A DNA stretch of 64,000 nt from Polyangiales bacterium (GTDB lineage Bacteria; Myxococcota_A; Polyangia; Polyangiales; Polyangiaceae): assembly GCA_038231275.1 (NCBI GenBank), contig JBBRLQ010000018.1, positions 130,504 through 194,503 of the forward strand. The letters are read 5' to 3'. Made by a program: the position numbers and the translations under genes. Each line of letters begins with the position of its first letter. The stretch's first letter is position 1. This document shows positions 11,401 to 20,068 of the stretch, piece after piece. The notes beneath the pieces are model-generated. The model ran no database searches. It saw only the letters and a list, made by a program, of their open reading frames with translations, and was not told the DNA's origin.

Positions 11401-12156
11401 GGCCTTGTCGCCGTCGCCGCGGCTCAGCGTCTTTTGCTCGAACGGATCGAACTGCTTGATGGAGAGGACGATGTCGCCATAGAGCTCGACGCGCGCCGGC
11501 AGCTCGGCGTTCGGGGGCCAGACGTCGAGGAGCGATCCACGGACGGCGAACGATCCCGGATCTTCCACGACCGGCGCGCGGAGGTATCCGGCCTCCGAGA
11601 GACGCTGGATGAGCGCGTCGCGATCGAGCTCCTCCTCCGCGACGATGCGCGCCGTGTGGCGGAGGACGACGGCCTTCGGCACGACCTTGCGGAGGAGGCT
11701 CGCCGCCGACACGACGAGCACGCGCCATGGGAGGCCGCTCGCGAGGTGGAAGAGCGTGGCCATGCGGCTCATCGCGGCGCGGCGGTCGGGGCTGACGTCG
11801 GCGTACGGCGACGACTCGCTCGCGGCGAAGACGAGGACGTCGCCCTGGCCGGTGTCCTCGGCGGTCTCGTCGTCCTCGCGCGCGCGCAGCAAGAACCCTA
11901 CGTCGGTCGCGACGCGGCGCGCCTCGTCCACGTCCGCCGTGACGACGACGACGGGGCGATCGACGGCGCGCGCGATCGCGGCGGCGAGCGCCGAAGGAGC
12001 GCAGCCATGCGCGCCGGCGACGTCGATTCGTCCGCTTGTCGTGGCGGCCACGCGCGCCGCGACGTCGCGAAGTCGCGAGGCGACGACCCCCTCGGGAGGG
12101 AGGATCGGGTCGAGCGCGCTCGCGCCGTCGTCGCGTTCCGCGTCGCTCAGCGACAC
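8467..12156 (-). CDS. mfd: Transcription-repair coupling factor
   Basis: UvrB-homology segment PGSFAVRGSLLDVWP, CarD-like GDLVVHVEHGVGRY, CGDVGFGKTEVA, DEEQRFGV, TATPIPRT, QLRGRVGRS, TRG motif DLELRGAGDLLG, TRCF C-terminus. Exact start uncertain (about 12150-12156). Confidence 0.97.
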   Translation of the reverse strand: MSLSDAERDDGASALDPILPPEGVVASRLRDVAARVAATTSGRIDVAGAHGCAPSALAAAIARAVDRPVVVVTADVDEARRVATDVGFLLRAREDDETAEDTGQGDVLVFAASESSPYADVSPDRRAAMSRMATLFHLASGLPWRVLVVSAASLLRKVVPKAVVLRHTARIVAEEELDRDALIQRLSEAGYLRAPVVEDPGSFAVRGSLLDVWPPNAELPARVELYGDIVLSIKQFDPFEQKTLSRGDGDKAGVLREIWLPPAREAILTREAAARAKSAVQEMCDAIDLPTTRARALVDDVATARGFFGAEGFLPAYYDALEPLLGYVDPRAIVALADPPLLTRAFRAELARAEEDVAAKGSEPHFPAPAFFDTETELSSTLATRAVVPIHRTPIHGADAAGLARYETVDEPLDLAARDHQDLERAVKAARGTKGKTGTLLPLALRIAHWRGHGLKVFVTARAETQAERLTALLRHQGVACRARLGVFDPAWLDEPASDGAQIVVGALSRGVMLPADGLVLVTEEEVFGGRAHRRRERKTEGTARTFLEDLRSLGVGDLVVHVEHGVGRYHGLVHKQVGTLTVDLLVVEYAGGDKLYLPVYRLNQIQKYSGGEAAEPKLDRLGGATFAKTKSRVKKAVRQMADELLRLYAERQAQPGDALDPADDDYRAFEATFPFDETPDQAKAIVDVNRDLETPRPMDRLVCGDVGFGKTEVAVRAAFRVAMSGKQVALLCPTTVLAQQHFRVFEGRMQGYPLTMRAMSRFQTKKEQDETLAMLKDGKVDVVIGTHRLLSKDVHFRNLGLLVVDEEQRFGVAHKERIKQLRTAVDVLTLTATPIPRTLQMAVSGLRDLSLITTPPTDRRAVRTIVTSFDEQVIREAVSRELSRGGQVFYVYNRIEGLYERAQRLAQLVPEARICVGHGQMTLKGGGKDESQGTLEKTMVDFVEGRYDVLVATAIIESGLDIPRANTMIIDRADLFGLAQLYQLRGRVGRSKERAYCYLVVPPPNAMSDEARSRIDALERHTELGSGFKIASLDLELRGAGDLLGGEQSGNVASVGFDLFCQMLEEAVHELRGEPVVHDVDTELSFDVAALLPEDYVGDVGVRLSLYKRLASALDETAVSELGEEMENRFGPPPEEARRLVQLMSLKTELRRLKALGCEAHARGVTLHLREDTPLDPAKVLALVRAKGSAYRLTPDMRLSRRFDGERNGLTNAETVLAELAKCQRDDA

Positions 12157-12689
12157 TGCTGCGTCTGCGTCTCGTGCGTCTGGTAGCAGACGTAGAGCGC
12201 CCCGAGGCACGAGGTGTGCGCCGATTGCGCGCCGCACGGAGTGTCCTGATCGAAGCCGCTCCCGCGGCATAGGACGCCGGACTGGCAGCTCGCGACCGGC
12301 GTCTCGCGCTCTTCCTTGCCGTTGCAGTCGTAGTCGAAGCCGCCGCAGGCCGTCGGCGCGGGCTGGTAGTCGGGCGCGCCGGGATGGACGCGCGCGTCGT
12401 TGTCGCAGCAGTCGTCGCCGCCGCACGCCTTCGAGGTGTGCCCGTCGCGATCGAGATCGCACGGCGGCGCCGCGTCGAAGCCGGGCGCGTCGGCGTCGAG
12501 TGCGCCGTCGGAGCCCGCGCCTCCTCCGTCGCCGCGCCGCGCCCCGTCCGCGCCGGCCGCGTCCGCCGATCCTCCTCCGCCACCCTCGCCGTCGTCGAGA
12601 CCGCCGGAGCCCGTCACGTCGAGGCCGCAGCCGAACGCGAGGATCGCGCTCGCCAAGGCGGTCCCCACCATGCTTCGGGTGCGGCTCAT
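12147..12689 (-). CDS. Cys-rich lipoprotein with putative metal-binding (MopE-related) motif
   Basis: Lipobox LAFGC, Gly/Asp linker, CDLDRDGH...DCCDNDARVHPGA...DYDCNG. Confidence 0.7.
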   Translation of the reverse strand: MSRTRSMVGTALASAILAFGCGLDVTGSGGLDDGEGGGGGSADAAGADGARRGDGGGAGSDGALDADAPGFDAAPPCDLDRDGHTSKACGGDDCCDNDARVHPGAPDYQPAPTACGGFDYDCNGKEERETPVASCQSGVLCRGSGFDQDTPCGAQSAHTSCLGALYVCYQTHETQTQQCR

Positions 12690-12704
12690 GGCCCCGGCAG
12701 TCTT

Positions 12705-15122
12705 CTACGAATCGACCCGGCCCGCAAGACGAAGCCCGGCCGGCACCACCGCGAGCGCGGCCACGACGCCGAGGGTGCTGCCGATCGCGCCGACCGCCCC
12801 GAGATCACGCAGGCCTTCGAAACGGCAGAGCAAGAGGGCGACGAAGCCCGCGGCGGTGGTGAGGGCGGTCGCGACGATGAGCGGCCCTTGCGTGTCGAGC
12901 GCGGCGCGCGTGGACGTGCTCCCGCGTGCTGCATAAAGGAGGAACATCGCCTCGTCGATCGTGATCCCGAGGAGGACCGGCACGACGAGCGCGTCGTACA
13001 CGTGCCAACGCACCCCGAGGCCGCGCATCGCGAGACCGAGGAGGACGATCTCGGTGGCTAGCGCCGAGAGCGCGAAGACGACGTCGCGCGCGCGGCCCAG
13101 CGCGGCCCGCAGACCCACGGCGACGAGCACGAGCGCGAGGAGCGCGATGCGCGGTAGCTCGCGGGCGAGGCTGTCCCGCAGCGCGTCGTCGAGCGCAGTG
13201 TACCCGGTCACCACTGCGTCGGGATCGGCGCCGTGGATCGTCGCGATCGCGCGCGCGTCCTTCGCCGCGTCTCCCGATGGCCGGACGAACGTGATCGCAA
13301 GCGACTCGCCCGCGTCCTCGCGGAGGTGGCGCATCACGATGAAGCCCACCGCGGCGTCGGCGGCGCTCGGGATCGGGAGCACGTCGTGCGCCGGCGCGTC
13401 GAACGCGGCGAGGGCAGGCGCGCAGGCGTCGAGATCGAAGCCATCCTCGGTCAGCGCGTGCTCGAGGCGCGCGCGCAGACGCGGCAGATCGAGGGCGTCT
13501 CGCTCGGCGAGGCGCGCGCGTTGGGTCACCTCGGCGGGTACGAACGTCGTCTGCGCATCGAAGCCCTCGATCGCGCCGTCCTTCGCGAGGGCCTCGAGCG
13601 CCTCTGCGATCGCGTCGGCGCGCGCGGCCGCCTCGTCGCGGTTTTTGGCATGCGAGACGACGACCCACTGACCGGGCTTTCCACCAAAGAGGCGATAGAT
13701 CTCCTCGGCGGTGCGAAGCGGCGCGAGCGCGCTCGGGCGCACCGCCACGAGCTGATCGCCCGGCGTTGGCCAGCCCACGGCGACGAGCGCAGTCGTCGCG
13801 ACGGCGACCGCTGCGACGACCGCCATCGCACGCCGACGCGTGCCGGTGAGCGCAGCGACCGCGCCGGTCCAGATCGGCGCGCGCGCGGGTGGGGGAGGTC
13901 CCTGCTCGAGCCAGGCGCCGATCTCCGGTGTGACGAGTAGGATCGCGCCCGCCGTCAGGACCTCGCCGAGGCCGCAGAGGAGCCCGAGTTGCGCCATCGC
14001 GCGCAGATCGGTCCACGCGAGCGACGCGAACGCGAGCCCCGCGAGGCCGGCGGCGAACAACGTAGGCCGCCACGTCGCCTGGCGTGCGTCGCGCGCTGCG
14101 TCCGCCGGCGATAGGCCACGCCTGCGCGCGTCGAGCAGCGCGGCGTACACGTGCACGCCCGTGTCGACGCCGACGCCGACGACCACAGCGGCGAACGCGA
14201 TCGCGATCGCGCTGAGGCCGTCGAAGGCCACCGCCGCGACTCCCGTGGTCCACACGGTGCCGAGCGCAAGCGGAGGCAGCACCGCCACGAGCGCCCGCGC
14301 GCGACGAAACGTGAGGAGGAAAACCAGGGCCGCGAGGACGAGGCTCGCGGTGCCGCTGACCGCCAGATCCCGCCGCAGCATCTCCTCGGTCGCGCGCGCG
14401 ACGGCGTGACCTCCGGCGAGATCGAAGCGCAGGCCCGGATGACGTCGCGCGACGGCGCCCGTCGCTGCGTCGATGTCGCGCGTGAACGCCGCGGCGGCGC
14501 CAGATTGGAACGCGTTGCCGCGCGGCACGACGGCGACGACGCGCGCCTTGCCGTCGTCGGCTACGAACGGATCGTCGCCGCGCCCGCCCACGCCCGCCGC
14601 AATCTCGGCGCGATCTTCGAACGGGACGCTCGCAAGCCGAAGCGGATCGCGCGCGAGCCACTCCTCGGCCGCCGCCGCACCGCCGGGCGCCAGGAGCATC
14701 GCGTGCGTCTCGTTGAGGCGCGCGCGCATCCCCTCCTCCGTCACGATCGCGGCCAAACGGCGCCGCGCGGCCGGTCCCGCGAGCCGCCACGCCAAGGAAG
14801 GATCGAGCGGTGGCGGCGCCGGCGCGCGATCGACGACGTGCGCGATCGCCGGACGCGCGACGAGCTCGGTCCGCAGCTCCGCCGCGCCGTCGCGCACGTC
14901 GTCGGCCGAGTCGCCGCGCACGAGCACGAGACCGAGGTCGCCGCCGCCGAAGACGCGGACGTACCGCGCGAGCGCGGCCGAGCGTCCGTCGCTCGGAAAC
15001 AGCGTCGAGAGATCCGCCGAGACGTGGAGGCGCGTGACCGACGCCCAAATCGCCGCGAGGGTGACCGCCACGACGAGCGTACGAACGAGCAGGGCGCTCG
15101 TCGCGGCGCGCGCCGCCGTCAT
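12705..15122 (-). CDS. MMPL/RND-family membrane transporter
   Basis: Two TM bundles, with GVGVDTGVH and LGITIDEAMF motifs plus TALTTAAGF. ATG overlaps the stop of the upstream gene (ATGA). Confidence 0.85.
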   Translation of the reverse strand: MTAARAATSALLVRTLVVAVTLAAIWASVTRLHVSADLSTLFPSDGRSAALARYVRVFGGGDLGLVLVRGDSADDVRDGAAELRTELVARPAIAHVVDRAPAPPPLDPSLAWRLAGPAARRRLAAIVTEEGMRARLNETHAMLLAPGGAAAAEEWLARDPLRLASVPFEDRAEIAAGVGGRGDDPFVADDGKARVVAVVPRGNAFQSGAAAAFTRDIDAATGAVARRHPGLRFDLAGGHAVARATEEMLRRDLAVSGTASLVLAALVFLLTFRRARALVAVLPPLALGTVWTTGVAAVAFDGLSAIAIAFAAVVVGVGVDTGVHVYAALLDARRRGLSPADAARDARQATWRPTLFAAGLAGLAFASLAWTDLRAMAQLGLLCGLGEVLTAGAILLVTPEIGAWLEQGPPPPARAPIWTGAVAALTGTRRRAMAVVAAVAVATTALVAVGWPTPGDQLVAVRPSALAPLRTAEEIYRLFGGKPGQWVVVSHAKNRDEAAARADAIAEALEALAKDGAIEGFDAQTTFVPAEVTQRARLAERDALDLPRLRARLEHALTEDGFDLDACAPALAAFDAPAHDVLPIPSAADAAVGFIVMRHLREDAGESLAITFVRPSGDAAKDARAIATIHGADPDAVVTGYTALDDALRDSLARELPRIALLALVLVAVGLRAALGRARDVVFALSALATEIVLLGLAMRGLGVRWHVYDALVVPVLLGITIDEAMFLLYAARGSTSTRAALDTQGPLIVATALTTAAGFVALLLCRFEGLRDLGAVGAIGSTLGVVAALAVVPAGLRLAGRVDS

Positions 15123-16432
15123 TTTTGCGCGGGCTCCGCCTTCGCGGCGCGCACGCGAACCCGCGTCGCGCGACGACGGCTGACCGCGGTGATCTCCACC
15201 GTCCACGTCTCGTCGAGCGTCACCTTGTCGCCCCTGCGCGGGAGCCGTCCGAGCAATCCGACCACGTGCGCGCCGATGGGCTCGCCGAGATCGTCCTCCT
15301 TCACGGTCATCCCCGTCGCACGCAAGCTCTCCATCTTCGCGCGCGCGTCGACGTCCCACTCGGCATCGCCCACCTTGGTGACCTCCGCCCCCTCCTCGTC
15401 GAACTCGTCGCGGATCTCGCCGACGATCTCTTCGAGCAGGTCCTCCATCGTGACGATGCCGCTGGTGCCGCCGTATTCGTCGACGACCACCGCGATCGGC
15501 GTGTGCTCGCGCTGCATCTCGCGCACGACTTCCAGGAGACTTTGCGCTTCGGGGACGAAGAGGATGTCGCGCTTGAGGGTCCACAAGTTCGGGAAGCTCA
15601 GCGACTCGGGGTTCAGGAGGAAGTCCTTCGCGTAGAGGTACCCGGCGATCTCGTCGAGCGAGCGGCCCTTGGTCAGCAAGACGCGGGAGAACTCGAGCTT
15701 GCGGAGGCGCGCCGCGGCGTCGCTGCCGCTCGTGTCGACGGAGATCGACGCCACGTCCACGCGCGGCACCATCGCGTGGCGCGCGCTGCGTTGCGAGAAC
15801 CGCACGACGCGCTCGAGGAGCTCACTCTTGGCCTTTCCGCTGGGGCCGCGCGACGCCTGCGCAGCGAGGATGCCGAGGATCTCCTCCTCGCTGAGCGCGC
15901 CTTCGCTGGCTGCGTCGGCGCTCATTCCCATCGCCACGAGGATGAGCGCGGTCGCCCGCTCGAGGACCCAGAGGAGCGGCCGGAACGTGAGGTACATCGC
16001 GCGCAGCGGCATCGCGACGGCGAGCGCCGTCTTCTCGGAGCGCTGGATGGCGACGAGCTTCGGGATGAGCTCCCCGAAGAGGACGTGCCCGAACGTCAGG
16101 ATCGTGAACGCGACGACGGTGACCGCGATCTTGGCGTAGCGTCCGGGCTCCTCGCCGCGAATCGCCACGACGAGCGCCGTCACCGCGTGATCGACGGCGG
16201 GCTCGCCGATCCACCCGAGCCCGAGGCTGGCCAGCGTGATCCCGAGCTGGGTGACCGACAGGTAGCGCTCGAGGCGCGACACGACGGCGTGGGCGATGAC
16301 CGCCTTGCGCTCGCCCTTTCGTGCCCGCGTATGCAGCTGCGTCGCCTGCACCTTGACGAGCGCGAACTCGGCGGCGACGAAAAAGCCGTTCAACGCGATG
16401 AACGAGAGGGCGACGAACAGGCCGGCGAACAC
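15119..16432 (-). CDS. Hemolysin-family / CNNM-CBS-CorC membrane protein
   Basis: NGFFVAAEFAL, QLGITLASLGLGWIGEP, FGELIPK, MVPR, VVDEYGGTSGIVTMEDLLEEIVGEIRDEFD. Confidence 0.93.
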   Translation of the reverse strand: MFAGLFVALSFIALNGFFVAAEFALVKVQATQLHTRARKGERKAVIAHAVVSRLERYLSVTQLGITLASLGLGWIGEPAVDHAVTALVVAIRGEEPGRYAKIAVTVVAFTILTFGHVLFGELIPKLVAIQRSEKTALAVAMPLRAMYLTFRPLLWVLERATALILVAMGMSADAASEGALSEEEILGILAAQASRGPSGKAKSELLERVVRFSQRSARHAMVPRVDVASISVDTSGSDAAARLRKLEFSRVLLTKGRSLDEIAGYLYAKDFLLNPESLSFPNLWTLKRDILFVPEAQSLLEVVREMQREHTPIAVVVDEYGGTSGIVTMEDLLEEIVGEIRDEFDEEGAEVTKVGDAEWDVDARAKMESLRATGMTVKEDDLGEPIGAHVVGLLGRLPRRGDKVTLDETWTVEITAVSRRRATRVRVRAAKAEPAQK

Positions 16433-16479
16433 GTGATTCGGATTGGTATCACGCCTTGGGTTGGGCTACAGCGCTGCGC

Positions 16480-17568
16480 ATGCGAATCGGGATCGTGGCC
16501 GCGGCGTTGGCCGTCGCGCTGGCCGCCTCTGCGGACGCGCCTCACGCACGCGCGTGCGGAGCGGCCGCGCCCGCGGGCTCGTACGTGCGCCTCGCGTCCG
16601 AGCGAACGATCATCCTCTGGGACGCGGCGAAGAAGACCGAGCATTTCTTGCGGCGGCCGGTCTTCGAAGGGGATCCGAAGGACTTCGGCTTCTTCGTCCC
16701 TACGCCGGTCGTTCCGGAGGTGGCCAAGGTCGACCCGCGTGTCTTCGCCGAAATGGACGCGCTCGTCCCTGCGCCTCCGTCGCCGATCGGAGGCAAGGGC
16801 GTCGGTGGCGGCGGAGGGGCGCCGGGAGGGGCCGCCGTGATCGTGGAGCAGACCGTGCGCCTCGACGACTTCGAGCTCGTCACGCTCCGCGCCGGTGACG
16901 CGCGGGCCCTCGTCGAGTGGCTCGGCGCGCACGGTTACGCGACGCGCCCGTCGCTCGAGATGTGGGCGCGCCGGTACGTCGCGCGCGGCTGGGTCCTGTC
17001 GGCGATGCGCTATGCGCCAGGAGGAGGGGGCGGAGGCGCGCGGGCTCGCGTGATCGAGGCGCCCCCGCTGCGATTGTCGTTCGCGATCGCGGCGCCGTTC
17101 TATCCCTACACCGAGGCGCCGCCCGACGCGCGCGAGGAACAAGCGTTTATCGCGCGGACCAAATCGCCGCCGCATCATCGCCCGCTGGACCTCTGGGTCG
17201 TCGCCGCCGGCGAGGTGGAGGCGCGCGAAGGGGACGCGCTCGTCGGGACCGACGACGCGCCAGGTCCCGCGAAGGTCGCCGTCGCCGACGTGCCTGCGTT
17301 TCGGCTGGAAGGCGCCCTCGCGTCGTCGTCGCAGACGTGGTTTCCGTCGCGCACGAGGGAGACGTGGACGGTCACGCGCTTTCGCGAGGACGCTCTCCAT
17401 CGCACGGCGTTCGACGATCTCACGTTCGAGGCGCCGCGCGGCTCCTCCGGGGGTGACGACGCGCCCGCGCCCGACACGTCGCGCCGCCTCGCGCTGGCGA
17501 TCGTGGCGGCCGTCGTCGCGTTGGCGATCGCGCTCGCCCTTACAGACCGCAGCTCGCCGGCACGATGA
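16480..17568 (+). CDS. DUF2330-like exported protein with C-terminal TM anchor
   Basis: Signal peptide ending ARAC, ERTIILWD, DFGFFVPTP..PEV, ALVEWL..HGY, PLRLSF...PFYP. Confidence 0.7.
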   Translation: MRIGIVAAALAVALAASADAPHARACGAAAPAGSYVRLASERTIILWDAAKKTEHFLRRPVFEGDPKDFGFFVPTPVVPEVAKVDPRVFAEMDALVPAPPSPIGGKGVGGGGGAPGGAAVIVEQTVRLDDFELVTLRAGDARALVEWLGAHGYATRPSLEMWARRYVARGWVLSAMRYAPGGGGGGARARVIEAPPLRLSFAIAAPFYPYTEAPPDAREEQAFIARTKSPPHHRPLDLWVVAAGEVEAREGDALVGTDDAPGPAKVAVADVPAFRLEGALASSSQTWFPSRTRETWTVTRFREDALHRTAFDDLTFEAPRGSSGGDDAPAPDTSRRLALAIVAAVVALAIALALTDRSSPAR

Positions 17569-18172
17569 AGACGATGCCGAGGACGAGCCCCGCGATCGCC
17601 AGCCCCCGCCCGCGCTGACCCGGGAGCCGGCCCGCGTGCTGGATTCCGAAGCCGCTGCACACGATCGCGGCGATGCAGAGCATGAACCCGATCCAGAACG
17701 GGAAGAGGCCGAGCATCCCGCAGATGAATCCGATCGTCGCCATGTGGTTCTGCGGATCGCTCCGACTGAGCGGCGGCGCGTAGTAATGAGCAGGGTAGGC
17801 TTGAATTGGCGGCGGCGGCGGCACGCCCGGCCCGTATCCCCCTGGCTGCGCGGGCGGTGGTGGCGCGTAGGGGCTCATCGGCAGCGTGTGCGGCTGCTGC
17901 GGTGGTTGCATTTGCGGCTGCGGCGCGAACGGGTTGGCCTGCTGCTGCGGCGGCGTGAACGGGTTGGCCTGCTGCTGCTGCTGCTGCTGCGGCGGCGCGA
18001 ACGGATTCGGCGGCACCGGCTCTTGTTGCCGCGGCGGCTCCGCGCTGCGGTAGGTCGGCGCGTACGCGTCGGTGATCGGCATCTGCGGCGCCCGCGGCGA
18101 GACCGGCGCGCCGCAGACGATGCAGGCGGTGGCGCCGTCGAAGAGCGGCCTTTTGCAAACGGCGCAGTTCAC
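17540..18172 (-). CDS. Zinc-ribbon, Pro/Gln-rich, DUF4190 membrane protein
   Basis: CAVC...CIVCG, PQ-rich linker, then NHMATIGFICGMLG...AIVCSGFG...GRGLAIAGLVLG. Confidence 0.75.
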   Translation of the reverse strand: MNCAVCKRPLFDGATACIVCGAPVSPRAPQMPITDAYAPTYRSAEPPRQQEPVPPNPFAPPQQQQQQQANPFTPPQQQANPFAPQPQMQPPQQPHTLPMSPYAPPPPAQPGGYGPGVPPPPPIQAYPAHYYAPPLSRSDPQNHMATIGFICGMLGLFPFWIGFMLCIAAIVCSGFGIQHAGRLPGQRGRGLAIAGLVLGIVFIVPASCGL

Positions 18173-18197
18173 GTCGGCGTCGAGCGTAGCCTCTTTG

Positions 18198-18638
18198 TCA
18201 GAGGAGACGTAGGCGGATGCTGCGGCCCCAGCCGGGTCCCTTGATTTCCGCGACGGCGTCGACGCCGCGCGTGACGTGCACCGTCGGCTCCCAGCTGATG
18301 TGCCCACCTTCGGCGGACACCTCCGCGTAGCGCACCTCGACGACGACCGTGCCGTCCGCGCGTGGGTTGGCGACCAACTTCAGCTCCTGTTTCTCGGGCG
18401 TTCGGCCAGCCTGCTGCGCGACCGCGATGGTTCGGCGCGGCTCCGCGTCTGCGTGCCCGGCGAGGATCACGCCGTCGCCGCTGCCGCTGCGTGTGACCTC
18501 GTAGGTGACGGCGATCGTGGGTAACTCGGACGGGGCGGGACGCGGGGGCTCTCCGGCGCGAATCGTGGCCGTCCCCGGGGCGCACGCCGCGGAGACGAGA
18601 GAGAGCAGGGCGAACGCAGCGATCGAAACATGGCTCAT
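18198..18638 (-). CDS. Hypothetical lipoprotein
   Basis: GAGGAGG SD before the ATG. Lipobox VSAAC. Confidence 0.65.
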   Translation of the reverse strand: MSHVSIAAFALLSLVSAACAPGTATIRAGEPPRPAPSELPTIAVTYEVTRSGSGDGVILAGHADAEPRRTIAVAQQAGRTPEKQELKLVANPRADGTVVVEVRYAEVSAEGGHISWEPTVHVTRGVDAVAEIKGPGWGRSIRLRLL

Positions 18639-18774
18639 CGGGAACCTCCTCGCGTCGTGGAGCCGCCAGCGACATGGCGACATTCCGCCCGCGCGGCCGT
18701 TCGTCAACTTGTCACGACGCGGCGTCTCGTTGCAGCGGGTGTAAGGTCGGCGCGGCGCTCGCGTTGAAAGGGGC

Positions 18775-20052
18775 ATGCGCCCGACCCACCTCCTGGTTTG
18801 CCTCGCGTCCTCGGTCACTTGCGTCCTCTCCGCTGCGGCGGCCCACGCGATGGAGCCGCCCAGCGCTCCCATCGCGCGCGACGACGCCAACTTCGGGACG
18901 ACGCCCGCGCGCGAGGCCGCACCAAGCCCGACGGCGCTCCCCATCGCCGACGCCGCGGGCACGAGCTCCAGCACGGACGGCTTCGAAGCGCGCCGCAACG
19001 AAGCCCCCATCGCCAAAGACCCTCCGCCCAACTGGGCGGTCATCCACGCCGGCCTTCGCCCCGAGCTCGGGACCTTCGGCGGCCTCACGACGCTCGCCCT
19101 CGCGCACGCGCGCACCGAGCGCTTTTACGGCGTCTTCTCGTTCTCGGCGATCCGCAGCGACGAAGGCACGCACGTCGGGGTCGCGCAAATCGGCCTCGGC
19201 CGGAGTCTCGCCGACACGTTCGTCGGAGGCACGCAGATCAGCCTCACCGAGAACCGCGCGCGCACCTTCTACGGCCTGGGCCAGGTCGCGCTCGCCTACA
19301 ACCGCACGCTCGACATGGTCGCGGTCACGCAGCTCGGCTCGTACAACCGCGCGCGCTCGTTTCAAGGCCTCGCGCAGCTCGGCGCCTACAACCGCGCCGA
19401 CGAGAGCTTCGCCGGCCTCGTACAAGTCGGCGCCTTCGACCACGCGCGCGGCAACTTCAGCGGCATTGCGCAGATCGGCGCGCTCGCGGCGGTCGGCCCG
19501 CAGCCGTTCGGCGAAGGTACGAGCCGCGCGCGCTTCGCCGGCATCACGCAGATCGGCGTCGCCAGCACGATCCAGGGGAATTTCTACGGCCTCACGCAGG
19601 TCGGCGCGACGAGCCTCACGTCCGGCGACTTCGTCGGCGCCTTCCAGATCGGCGCGCTCGGCGCCGGCGCCAAGCACTTCCGCGGCCTCGCGCAGATCGG
19701 CCTCGCCGCCGTGTCGGGCGACTCGGTCGGCGCGCAGATCGGCGCCGGCGCGATCGCCCTCGAAGAGCACACCGGCATCCAGCTCGGCGCGCTCGGCACG
19801 TACGCGGGGACCTTCCACGGCGCACAGATCGGCCTCGTCAACCTCGCCGACGAGGCGCACGGCGTTCAGATCGGCGTCTTCAACCACGCCAAGAGCCTCC
19901 GCGGTCTCCAGATCGGTCTCGCCAACCACGCCGAGGACGGCGTCTTGCCGTGGACGTCGATCATCAACATGGGCTTCGGCGACGACGACGACCATCGCTC
20001 CGTCGCGAAGAGCACCCCGCGCGCGACCGGCGCACGCGCATGGACGTTCTAG
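18775..20052 (+). CDS. Exported surface-repeat (LA_2272-like beta-solenoid) protein
   Basis: Signal peptide, then many roughly 15-16 aa repeats of F.G..Q[IVL]G...N and terminal GxQIGxxN repeats. Confidence 0.75.
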   Translation: MRPTHLLVCLASSVTCVLSAAAAHAMEPPSAPIARDDANFGTTPAREAAPSPTALPIADAAGTSSSTDGFEARRNEAPIAKDPPPNWAVIHAGLRPELGTFGGLTTLALAHARTERFYGVFSFSAIRSDEGTHVGVAQIGLGRSLADTFVGGTQISLTENRARTFYGLGQVALAYNRTLDMVAVTQLGSYNRARSFQGLAQLGAYNRADESFAGLVQVGAFDHARGNFSGIAQIGALAAVGPQPFGEGTSRARFAGITQIGVASTIQGNFYGLTQVGATSLTSGDFVGAFQIGALGAGAKHFRGLAQIGLAAVSGDSVGAQIGAGAIALEEHTGIQLGALGTYAGTFHGAQIGLVNLADEAHGVQIGVFNHAKSLRGLQIGLANHAEDGVLPWTSIINMGFGDDDDHRSVAKSTPRATGARAWTF

Positions 20053-20068
20053 GCTGTCGCGTGAAGGT

